The position numbers were made by a program, and so were the translations under genes. Shown here piece after piece: positions 45,433-53,591 of a stretch of DNA of 64,000 nt. Below the pieces are notes generated by a model, which was given only the letters and a program-made list of their open reading frames with translations, ran no database searches and was not told the DNA's origin. This stretch comes from a virus (Duplodnaviria; Caudoviricetes). The first letter of the stretch is position 1. Each line of letters starts with the position of its first letter. The stretch covers positions 5,006 to 69,005 of IMG/VR virus record IMGVR_UViG_3300015050_000882; one strand, written 5' to 3'.

Positions 45433-47043
45433 TCAGCTGACGGTGGCCTCGTGGATTTCACCGATCTGCTCATTCATCGCGCCCAGGGCCTCCTTGACCC
45501 CGTTGGCCGCCCCCTCAGCCGCCATGGCCGACTTGCGTGCGGCGATGACGTTGACAGTGGTGGTTTCGATCAGCGTCTGGCCCAGCTGCTTCATCCGGTC
45601 CTCCAGCTGGCCGGTCGGGAGCATGGACTGGCCCACGACACGCCCAAAGGCAGCCCCCAGCTCGTGCTCAGCGGACAGGGCAGGCGGCGCGTCCTTCAGC
45701 AGGTTCAGGTGGCGCTCCATCCCCTTGGCCGCAACCAGGAGGTCCTTGGCGGTGACCTGCTCGTGGCCGTTGCTGATCATGGCCAGCTTGGACCGCTCCA
45801 CCACCTCACGGATGGTGGCCGGGATGTTGCCGGCAAGGGCCTCGCCAACCTGCGTCAGGTCCTCCCCCTCCTGGACCAGGCCACGGCCATACAGCCGCAC
45901 CAGGCGCTGGACAGCGCCGACACCCGGCGGGTTGATGGTCACAACAGCGTCCAGGCGTCCCGGGCGGAGCATCGCCCGGTCCAGCTTCTCCACGTGGTTG
46001 GTCGTCAGCACCGTGATCACCTGGCTGTTCTTGGTCAGCACGCCGTCGATGGTGTTCAGGATGTCGTTGCCGCGCTGGTCCCGCTTGGACACCGCCCGGT
46101 CCACGTCCTCCGCAAACACCACGGCGGGAGCGTACCGCTGGGCGAACAGCAGCGCATCCTTCAGCGCCCGGACATCGTCCAGCAGGATGTAGGTCCAGCC
46201 GTTGTCCACCGCCACCTTGGAGGTCACGTTGGCCGTCATCGTCTTGCCGGTGCCATAGGTGCCCTCCAGCAGGACGCCCCGGTTGAGCGGGATGCCGTGC
46301 TTGATGCAGGCTGCGGTGTTCTGGATCGGTGCCCAGAGAGCCGCCTTGACCTGGTCCAGCTCGTCATCGTTCAGGATCAGCTCCGCCGGGTTGATGTAGC
46401 TCGTGCGCAGGAAGGTGGGCGGTGCGCTGAAGTCCAGGTCACCGTCGCTGTCCACCTTCAGGCGGATGGCCTTGCCCTTGTAGATGCTGCCACCGGCCAG
46501 GATGCCCCGGGCAATCTCCGCCAGCTCCTTGACCACCGCCGCCTCACGCTTGCGCACGGTCCCGGTGATGACCAGCACCATCATCCCACGGTTGTCGCGG
46601 TGGCGGTGCAGCTCAATCGGGTTCTCCACGCCCGGGAGGGTGAACTGGCCAAACGCCACCTGGACGCTGTCGCCAATCTCCGGGCCGGTCTGGACGGTGA
46701 TCAGGTCGGGCGACACCGGGCCAAACCAGGTCATCTTGGGGGTCGCGCTGGCCCAGCCGTACTTCTGGCGCATCGCGGCGTTGATGGCCACAATCGCGTC
46801 CTCCGGGAAGGCGTCCAGAACCTCGTGGACATCCAGCGTGGTTTCCTCATCCGCCGCCTTGCGCTCCAGCGCGGCGATGGCATCACGCAGGCCCATCGGT
46901 GCCGGGGAGGCAGGCAGCGTGATCTTGGTCCCGGCGTGGTCGATGCCCACGTCAATGTTGTCCCAGGACTGCTTGCCCGACGCCATGTTGGCAAGGGCCT
47001 CAGCGATACCGGCCTTGATGGCCGCAGACATGTCGTTTTTCAT
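45433..47043 (-). CDS. AAA+ ATPase (FtsH/CDC48-like domain, no protease)
   Basis: GTYGTGKT, FAEDVD, TTNHVEKLDRAMLRPGRLD. Confidence 0.9.
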   Translation of the reverse strand: MKNDMSAAIKAGIAEALANMASGKQSWDNIDVGIDHAGTKITLPASPAPMGLRDAIAALERKAADEETTLDVHEVLDAFPEDAIVAINAAMRQKYGWASATPKMTWFGPVSPDLITVQTGPEIGDSVQVAFGQFTLPGVENPIELHRHRDNRGMMVLVITGTVRKREAAVVKELAEIARGILAGGSIYKGKAIRLKVDSDGDLDFSAPPTFLRTSYINPAELILNDDELDQVKAALWAPIQNTAACIKHGIPLNRGVLLEGTYGTGKTMTANVTSKVAVDNGWTYILLDDVRALKDALLFAQRYAPAVVFAEDVDRAVSKRDQRGNDILNTIDGVLTKNSQVITVLTTNHVEKLDRAMLRPGRLDAVVTINPPGVGAVQRLVRLYGRGLVQEGEDLTQVGEALAGNIPATIREVVERSKLAMISNGHEQVTAKDLLVAAKGMERHLNLLKDAPPALSAEHELGAAFGRVVGQSMLPTGQLEDRMKQLGQTLIETTTVNVIAARKSAMAAEGAANGVKEALGAMNEQIGEIHEATVS

Positions 47044-47085
47044 CTTGTAGTGCTCCATTTCTCTTGTTTGGTCCCCAGCTCTGTA

Positions 47086-47128
47086 CCGGGGATAAGTCAG
47101 ACTAGCTTCACTCCACAGGGCGGGTCAA
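47086..47128 (-). promoter_or_regulatory. Promoter with TTATCCCCGG box at the start site
   Basis: TTGACC-N18-TAGTCT; box 47086-47095. Confidence 0.7.
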
Positions 47129-47202
47129 CCGCAGTCTATTGCCCTGCAACTCTCGCTCCGGTAGATTGGCCAGGCCCCGCCAGGCAAGAGGGAGTGGGGA
47201 CC

Positions 47203-47220
47203 AAAAAGCGGCCCCCCGCT
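47203..47220 (-). terminator. Weak terminator
   Basis: AGCGG-GGGG-CCGCT-TTTT. Confidence 0.45.
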
Positions 47221-47232
47221 CCCCCTGCTCCC

Positions 47233-47832
47233 TCAACTGGCGATGACATCCCCCATCCCGCCCGGAGCCGGTCCCGTGGACACCATCCCGCCCCGGGCCT
47301 CCCGCCACATGTTCTGGACCCAGTGGACCTGGGACTCAGCGTCATCCAGCGCCCGGTGGGCGATGATCGGCTTGGGCTTGATCGCGTTCAGCCCAAGCAT
47401 CGCCAGGGTCCGGGTGTCCCTGGGGTCCTGGTATCCCCAAGGCTCCGGGAGGCGCAGCTTGCGGTATGCGTGGCTCATGATGGGGATGTCGAAGGTGGCC
47501 CCGTTGCTCCACACGTACAAGCGCCCGTTGTCGGTCTGGGCCTTCAGCCCCTGGATGTAGGCTGTGGTGGCCAGCAGCGCCTCCCGGATGCTCAGGCCGG
47601 TCCCTGGCTTGGGCATCGCGTCCCGCGCCTCCTGGGTCTGGGTCAGCCAGAAGTGGATCGCCCCCCAGTCCACCCGGAAGCCCTCGTCAATGCAGCTCTG
47701 GGGGTCCACGTCCAGCTGGAGCCCAGGGCCGCACGGTCCCACCTGGTCAATCCAGAAGGGTGACAGCCCGATCTGGACTATGGCTGCGTCACCGGCGGTG
47801 GACAGCGTCTCAAGGTCAAGCATCAAGTGCAT
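47233..47832 (-). CDS. DEDDh 3'-5' exonuclease (DUF5051-like)
   Basis: MLDLETL, WSNGATFD, RDTRT, HRALDDA. Confidence 0.88.
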   Translation of the reverse strand: MHLMLDLETLSTAGDAAIVQIGLSPFWIDQVGPCGPGLQLDVDPQSCIDEGFRVDWGAIHFWLTQTQEARDAMPKPGTGLSIREALLATTAYIQGLKAQTDNGRLYVWSNGATFDIPIMSHAYRKLRLPEPWGYQDPRDTRTLAMLGLNAIKPKPIIAHRALDDAESQVHWVQNMWREARGGMVSTGPAPGGMGDVIAS

Positions 47833-48103
47833 CGGCTTCTCCACAAATGATCCGCAGGATGGCAGCGGCCTCAGCCGCCTTCTGCGCAGTCGCAAAGCCC
47901 AGGAGGCGCAGGGCCTCCCGGACATCGTCAATGTGGACCATGTCCACACCGTTCAGCTCATCAAGGAGCCTCTGGGCAGCCGCCGGGGTGCGGCAGTCGG
48001 CAACCTTGGTCCAGCCGCCCTTGTCCCCGAACTTGCGCCGCATGAGCAGCGCCCGCCCGCCGCCCACGTCCAGGATGTCGTACAGGTCCTTGGCTGGCAT
48101 CAC
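47816..48103 (-). CDS. Hypothetical protein
   Basis: Coupled ORF. Confidence 0.6.
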   Translation of the reverse strand: MMPAKDLYDILDVGGGRALLMRRKFGDKGGWTKVADCRTPAAAQRLLDELNGVDMVHIDDVREALRLLGFATAQKAAEAAAILRIICGEADALDA

Positions 48104-49038
48104 AGGCCCTCCTTGCGCTTGCGCAGGATGTCAGCGGCCTTGTGGCGCTTCCACCACCGCTTGATGTCCTTGCGCTCCAGGCCCTCAGCATCGGTCGCGG
48201 CGCGGTGAAGGAGCATCCCCACGTGCTCCTCCCCGTGTTCCTTCTCCAGCCGGGTGATCAGGGCGCACAGCATGCGCTCCCGCACGTCCAGGGCCTCAGT
48301 CAGGCCAAGGATGCGGTCCCCCTCCAGGCTTCCCGTGTAGGTGCACGGCATCACACAGCCCTCCTGAAGCGCCAGACGGTCATGCAGCAGGACGTTGGTG
48401 GTGTCCTCCTGCGCGTCCAGGATGCCCTGGTTGTACATGCGCAGCAGGACGTTGGCCGGGATGCCGCAACCGGCGGAGCTGAGCCAGGCTTCCCCCTCAG
48501 GGAAGTCCGGGAACGCCTCAGGCAGCAGCGCCTCCACAATGGGGGCCAGGTCCGGGGGAGCGTAGTTGGGCCCCTTGACGACACGCCCAGCATCACTGAT
48601 GATCGGCTTCCCGTCCTCCCCCAGCTTGGACATGTTCGCCCGGTGGACCTCAACCATGCCCTCCAGCTTGGCCTCCTGAAGCCCAAGGGTCAGGTAGGTG
48701 CCATCAACCACGTAGCTGAGGTCATTCAGCGCGTCCAGGCACGCAACAATGTCGCGCTTGATGAACGCCTCTGCCAGCTCAGCCAGCTCCTCCTGGATCA
48801 GCTGGAGCCGGATCAGCAGGAGGCTCCCGCCCGGTCCCGCGTCCTTGCTTGAGTCCTTCAGGGCCTCCCCCAGCCGCGCTGCGGCCTTGTGGTATGCCTC
48901 CAGGTCCTCCTTGATGGCCTCATACAGCTCAGGCTCCGGGAGCTGGGGGTGGGGGGAGATGTGCGCCCCGAATGCCAGGTGGAAGCCGTGGACCATGGTC
49001 AGGCCAGGGTCAGAGGTGCGAATGTCGATGCTGTCCAT
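48100..49038 (-). CDS. MazG-like NTP pyrophosphohydrolase (DR2231/PRA-PH type) with extra C-terminal domain
   Basis: LIQEELAEL, LDALNDLSYV, EVHRANMSK, VKGPNYAPPDL. Confidence 0.85.
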   Translation of the reverse strand: MDSIDIRTSDPGLTMVHGFHLAFGAHISPHPQLPEPELYEAIKEDLEAYHKAAARLGEALKDSSKDAGPGGSLLLIRLQLIQEELAELAEAFIKRDIVACLDALNDLSYVVDGTYLTLGLQEAKLEGMVEVHRANMSKLGEDGKPIISDAGRVVKGPNYAPPDLAPIVEALLPEAFPDFPEGEAWLSSAGCGIPANVLLRMYNQGILDAQEDTTNVLLHDRLALQEGCVMPCTYTGSLEGDRILGLTEALDVRERMLCALITRLEKEHGEEHVGMLLHRAATDAEGLERKDIKRWWKRHKAADILRKRKEGL

Positions 49039-49394
49039 CAGTGCACTCCCCCGCCGCTGGGCTTCTTGGCAGCGCCGCCGCCCATCAGCTGCTGGAGGAT
49101 GTTGCCCAGGCCCTCAGGCAGGCCAGAGTTGCGCCCGGAGCCACACTCAGTGCGCACGAACGCAATGTTGTGCTCCTTGAGGTACTCAGTCTGGATGTGG
49201 CAGCACTCGCCCCGGTCGATCATGAGCAGGGCCTTCATCTTCAGCTCCAGCTCATGCAGCTTGCGCTCACCGGCCTCTCTGAGGTCGGCAGCCTCCTTCT
49301 CCTTGGCGGTGATGTCGCGGTTGACCGCTTCCCTCACGCCCTCCATCACGTGGGCCAGCTCCAGTGCCGGTCCCTCCAGTTTGATTGTGCGCAT
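49038..49394 (-). CDS. Hypothetical protein, first gene of operon
   Basis: AGAAATGGAGCA leader. Confidence 0.7.
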   Translation of the reverse strand: MRTIKLEGPALELAHVMEGVREAVNRDITAKEKEAADLREAGERKLHELELKMKALLMIDRGECCHIQTEYLKEHNIAFVRTECGSGRNSGLPEGLGNILQQLMGGGAAKKPSGGGVH

Positions 49395-49677
49395 TGTGTT
49401 GCTCCATTTCTCCCGGACCACCCGGGCTGTCTGACTTTATCCCCGGTCCACCGTCCCGGTCAAGTGCCCCGCATTGTCGCAGCATCCGCCTGAGGCCAGC
49501 GCGGGTGTTCTTGTCCGATCTGCCCCGGCCCTGGTTGGAGGTGCAGATGTATCCGTACTCAACGCCCAGCCAGACCCAGCACACCTTCCAGTGGTGGTCT
49601 GTCCGCTGCGTCCAGAAGGCGATGCCCAGGGCACGCATCTCCCGGACTGCAGTGTCAAGGGGCGTGTCCCGGGCCAT
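49267..49677 (-). CDS. Small basic protein, HicA-like pattern
   Basis: HHWKV, SDKNTRAGLRR; 3' part overlaps next gene. Confidence 0.5.
   Translation of the reverse strand: MARDTPLDTAVREMRALGIAFWTQRTDHHWKVCWVWLGVEYGYICTSNQGRGRSDKNTRAGLRRMLRQCGALDRDGGPGIKSDSPGGPGEMEQHNAHNQTGGTGTGAGPRDGGREGSGQPRHHRQGEGGCRPQRGR
49434..49463 (-). promoter_or_regulatory. Promoter with inverted TTATCCCCGG box
   Basis: TTGACC-N18-TAAAGT; box 49437-49446. Confidence 0.7.
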
Positions 49678-49679
49678 CG

Positions 49680-52037
49680 TCAGAACGGCTCCTTGTAGTC
49701 CTCAGCCTCATCCACAGGCCAGGGATAGGGGCCACCAAACTTGTTGTCCCACCAGGCCCGACACGCCTTGAGGTCAGCCGTCTCATAGAACCACACCCGC
49801 GCCCGGTTGACCTCCTCATGGCCAAAGCGGTCCTGGGTGCTGACATCAGCATAACGCTGGAATGACCTGGGCTTCCCCGGCGGCATAACCTTCCTGAGGA
49901 AGCGGCCCAAGTGGGTCGGGTTGGCCCTGTACATGATCTTTTGCTGGTCGCACCAGCGTGTGTAGTCAGCCTGGAGGTCCCCCTTGCTGAGGATTTCAGG
50001 CCAGCCGTGGTATCCGTGGCACAGCTTCCCGTCCTGCAGCTTGTCATACCACCAAGCCTCCTCAGTGTCCAGGCTCAGCAGCTTCTGCTCCTGCAGCGCG
50101 ACGGTCTTGGGGAACTGGCGCACATCAAAGCCGGTCAGGTCCCGGGTCATCAGGAAGTGCAGCAGCGCCTCCCGGCCCCCGTTGTCCAGCTCCTGGTGTA
50201 TGGCCTTGAAATATGCCTTGTCCTGCATGTTCCCGTCGCCCACGTCCAGCATGAAGTACCGGCGCTCATCGGCCCCGGCGGGCACCACCCAGTCCCCGTT
50301 GGAGGCCATCATCAGGTGGACAAAGTTGGGAGCCGCCTCAGCGTCCACGCCCTTGCCCTCAATCATGATAGTCTCCTCAGTGACCATGGTCTTGAGGATG
50401 GCCTCGTGCTTCTTGTCGCCCGCATAGAACGCCTCATCAGCGAACAGCACGACACAGTCCCTGAGGTGGGCGTTGAAGCTCCCCACCAGGTGCTTGGAGT
50501 CACTGACCTGGAGGAAGTGGCGGCCCCAGAGGGAGCCAAACGCCTTGACCAGCACGCCCTTCCCGGTGCCCATCCGGCCCCTCAGGACCACAGCCACCTC
50601 TCCCGGCGTGTCCGGCTTCTGGACGCATCGCGCCATCCAGTTGATCAGGTACTCGCTGTGGACCGGGTTGCCTGAACAGATGTTGTCCCGCAGGTGGGCC
50701 AGATACTTGTCAATGACCCCGGGCCTGGCCTCACAGGCAAAGCCCTTCCACAGGTTGTAGCTGTCCTTGACCTCCCGCCCGGGCGCAAACACAATGGTCT
50801 TGTACTGACGGCGGTGGGTGTGCTGGAGCCACCACTTGCCCAGGGGAGCCGTGATGTCGTGGCCGTCCTTCTTGCCGATCAGGACCTGTGTATTCATGTA
50901 GCGGTTGCGGAAGTCCTCAAAGCTCTGGCGGCTGATCCGCGTGCGCTGCAGCGCATGGTCCATGATCTCACTGATCACCCGGCACTTGCCCCCGATGTCC
51001 TCAATGACAGCGTGGTCCTCATTGAGCCGCCGCAGGTGGGGGTCAATCGCCTCCTCCCGCGCCCGCTGTATCTGGCGGGCAGCGTACTGCTGAGGCCTGG
51101 GCTGGTCCAGGACGTGGCCGCTGATCTTGTAGTCCGGGTCCAGGATGACCGCCGCAATCTGGTCGTCAGTGCACCCGGCCCGGACCATCTCGCACAGGAC
51201 CCACCAGGCGGCTTCAGACCTGGAGGCATAGCGCCCGGGGTCGTCAGCATCAAAGCCCTGGACAATGAACGCCTTGAGCCGGTCGGACACCTTGGGCCCA
51301 AGCTCATCTAGGCTCTCCAGCCGCGCCAGGTTGCCGCTGATCTTGACCGCTGGCCCAGAGGAGCCAGCCGACTGCACCCGGGGAGCCGGGGTGAACTCCT
51401 TGAGCTGATAGATGCGGGACCAGTCCACCTCCACCACTTTTGAGAGGCAGACCACCCGGCCCTTTGACCGTTTCTTCTTGTTGGGCAGGTTCACGGTCCC
51501 GGGCAGGCGCATGATCCGGTCAATGTTGTGACAGGCATCGGCCTGAAGCAGTATCTCCACCTGGAGGTTGTATGCCTCCAGCTCCTCAGCCTTGTCCTCA
51601 CTCCCGTTGGTGATCTGCTCCTCAGCCAGGAGCCAGAAGCCCTGCATGCCGCCGCCGCTGTCGATGATGACCGTGGGTCGCGGCTTGAAGTCCTGGAGGA
51701 GCTTCAGCGCCCGCTCCCGCTCCTTGTCAATGTCCTCCCCCACCCTGGGGTCCACGTCCACGTGGATCGCCCGCATGCCCCGCATGTCAGTCTTGAGCGG
51801 CTTGGAGGTCGCTGGCCGGATGACTGTGTTGACGGTGAAGTAGATGTTTTGCTTGCCCTGCCGGTCCTCAATCCACCGGGCCATCTCCATCACCTGCTTG
51901 TTGGTGAAGGTGGCCGTGTTGGTCCGGTCGTCAGGCCCCATGTCCGGGAGGATGGAGGTCAGGACCCAAGGCCCCTCCTCACACCAGCCCTGGAGGAAGC
52001 CCACTGCCTCTGATGTTGACCCCTTGATGTCCGTCAT
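49680..52037 (-). CDS. Primase-helicase (RepB-like primase plus SF3/NrS-1-like helicase)
   Basis: VDVDP, IDSGGGMQGFW, DRIMRLPGT; GRMGTGKG, FADE, MASN, DERRY. Confidence 0.88.
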   Translation of the reverse strand: MTDIKGSTSEAVGFLQGWCEEGPWVLTSILPDMGPDDRTNTATFTNKQVMEMARWIEDRQGKQNIYFTVNTVIRPATSKPLKTDMRGMRAIHVDVDPRVGEDIDKERERALKLLQDFKPRPTVIIDSGGGMQGFWLLAEEQITNGSEDKAEELEAYNLQVEILLQADACHNIDRIMRLPGTVNLPNKKKRSKGRVVCLSKVVEVDWSRIYQLKEFTPAPRVQSAGSSGPAVKISGNLARLESLDELGPKVSDRLKAFIVQGFDADDPGRYASRSEAAWWVLCEMVRAGCTDDQIAAVILDPDYKISGHVLDQPRPQQYAARQIQRAREEAIDPHLRRLNEDHAVIEDIGGKCRVISEIMDHALQRTRISRQSFEDFRNRYMNTQVLIGKKDGHDITAPLGKWWLQHTHRRQYKTIVFAPGREVKDSYNLWKGFACEARPGVIDKYLAHLRDNICSGNPVHSEYLINWMARCVQKPDTPGEVAVVLRGRMGTGKGVLVKAFGSLWGRHFLQVSDSKHLVGSFNAHLRDCVVLFADEAFYAGDKKHEAILKTMVTEETIMIEGKGVDAEAAPNFVHLMMASNGDWVVPAGADERRYFMLDVGDGNMQDKAYFKAIHQELDNGGREALLHFLMTRDLTGFDVRQFPKTVALQEQKLLSLDTEEAWWYDKLQDGKLCHGYHGWPEILSKGDLQADYTRWCDQQKIMYRANPTHLGRFLRKVMPPGKPRSFQRYADVSTQDRFGHEEVNRARVWFYETADLKACRAWWDNKFGGPYPWPVDEAEDYKEPF

Positions 52038-52459
52038 TCCCGTCCCCCAGTCCGCAGAAAGGGCAGCAGGTCCGCTTTCCGCCGTGTCACGATCATTGCC
52101 TGTGCCCGCAGGACAGCCTCCCCTGGCGGCTCTCCACGCGCTACACTCCAGAGGTGGAACGCTCTGTCACCGGAGAACAGAAACCACTCCTGCCCCACCC
52201 GGAGGCACAGGAGGGCGATGCCGCCTGCCATCCACCGGCGGAGGAGCCACGCCCGCTGCTCAGGTGTCGGTGGGTGCTTCAGGCGGAGCGGTCCCCCCTT
52301 GGGCGGCCACTTGTCGGCCTGCTTCAGCTCCATCCAGCCGTGGAGGTAGTTGACATCAGGGGTCCCGGGCATCGCTGGGTTCTCAACCCGCACCGGGTCC
52401 AGCCGCGCCTCCTCCAGGGTCGGGCGCAGCGCCTCCCACATTGAGGCTTCACTCGGCAT
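52034..52459 (-). CDS. PD-(D/E)XK nuclease, Holliday junction resolvase-like
   Basis: PGTPD, WMELK, EQRAWL. Confidence 0.75.
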   Translation of the reverse strand: MPSEASMWEALRPTLEEARLDPVRVENPAMPGTPDVNYLHGWMELKQADKWPPKGGPLRLKHPPTPEQRAWLLRRWMAGGIALLCLRVGQEWFLFSGDRAFHLWSVARGEPPGEAVLRAQAMIVTRRKADLLPFLRTGGRE

Positions 52460-52745
52460 GGGCGCTCCTGTAGCTCTTCATCAGCTCACGCATGACCCAG
52501 CTGACCATGTTCTCATCCTTGACCCACTCTGGGACCCAATAGCCAGTCTCCTCATCCCCCGGCCCAAGCAACAAGCCGTGCCAGCGGTAGCGGAATGCCT
52601 TGATGGTCAGCTCAATCGGCTGGCCCGCGTCCCCCAGCTGGATGGTGAGCTGGGGAGGCTTGACCACCTGGTAAAACTCTGTCTCACAGGTCACATCCCG
52701 GCCAGCCGCCGGTCCTCCCACCACCAGGCCTGAGTATGACATCAC
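52449..52745 (-). CDS. Hypothetical protein
   Basis: VVGGPAAG; coupled. Confidence 0.65.
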   Translation of the reverse strand: MMSYSGLVVGGPAAGRDVTCETEFYQVVKPPQLTIQLGDAGQPIELTIKAFRYRWHGLLLGPGDEETGYWVPEWVKDENMVSWVMRELMKSYRSAHAE

Positions 52746-53113
52746 GACACTCCCGGGAGGGGAGAGGAGGCTGGCTTGGTGGCCTGCTTGGCCCTGATCT
52801 TTGCGATGATCTCAGGGTGTTCCACACGGCCAAGCTCCACCCAGGCGCTGCGCTCCAGGTCAATCCCGGCGGCTGAACATAGGGCTGCCAAGGTGACGGA
52901 CACGCCCCCCACTTCCTGGGTCGGCTCTCCCACAGGACGCCCAAAGACATAGGCCACCAGCATGGTCGCCTCCTCCTGTGTCCCCTTCATTGCCTGGAAC
53001 AGCTCCAGGGCCTCCTCAAGGAAGCGGTGTGACCGCTCCGCCTGGTCGTTGGCCACCTTGTCGCCAAAGCATTCACGCACCCACTTGCGCACCCGGGTCT
53101 GAAACTCAAGCAT
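52742..53113 (-). CDS. MazG-like helical protein
   Basis: RFLEEALEL, QEVGGV. Confidence 0.65.
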   Translation of the reverse strand: MLEFQTRVRKWVRECFGDKVANDQAERSHRFLEEALELFQAMKGTQEEATMLVAYVFGRPVGEPTQEVGGVSVTLAALCSAAGIDLERSAWVELGRVEHPEIIAKIRAKQATKPASSPLPGVS

Positions 53114-53513
53114 GGCGCACCTCCATCCCGATCAGCTCCATCATCTCAGCCGCCTGGTCGCAAAGCTCCTTGATGGCCGGGTCATCGCGCCAGGGTCCCC
53201 GGGGACACACCACGGCTTCCACGCCCGCCGCTGCCATCAGCTTGACGCAATCCGGGCATGGATGGTGTGTGACGTACACGGTGGCCCCCTGAGCCATCCG
53301 GCCTGCGTTCACCACCACCCGGGCCTCAGCGTGGACCACCGCCCGGTACTTGAGTGGGCGGTCCCCCCACCAGGAGGAGGGGATGCCCGGGGGGAAGTCA
53401 TTGAAGCCATCGGCCACCACCACCCCGTCCCGGACCAAGACAGCCCCAACCTTGGTGCTGGGGTCTGGGCTGCGTGCGGCTGCAACCTGGGCCATTTGAA
53501 AGAAGGTCGTCAC
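53106..53513 (-). CDS. dCMP deaminase
   Basis: SPDPSTKVGAV, HAE, PCPDC. Confidence 0.92.
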   Translation of the reverse strand: MTTFFQMAQVAAARSPDPSTKVGAVLVRDGVVVADGFNDFPPGIPSSWWGDRPLKYRAVVHAEARVVVNAGRMAQGATVYVTHHPCPDCVKLMAAAGVEAVVCPRGPWRDDPAIKELCDQAAEMMELIGMEVRHA

Positions 53514-53591
53514 AGTGATTCTCCATTTCTGCTCCCGGCAGGAGCTGTCAGACTATCTCCCCCGGCCAGCCCGGGAAAGTGCATTCCAATG

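Noticed and set aside
45451-47763. Long plus-strand ORFs (also 26165-27928, 18520-20145, 28483-29928, 62070-63599 and others)
   Set aside because: Antisense shadows of motif-bearing minus-strand genes in GC-rich, codon-biased DNA; no RBS or recognisable domains.
53550-53580. Promoter before dCMP deaminase (and TATATT at about 6711)
   Set aside because: Good -10 but no acceptable -35 at 17-18 bp.
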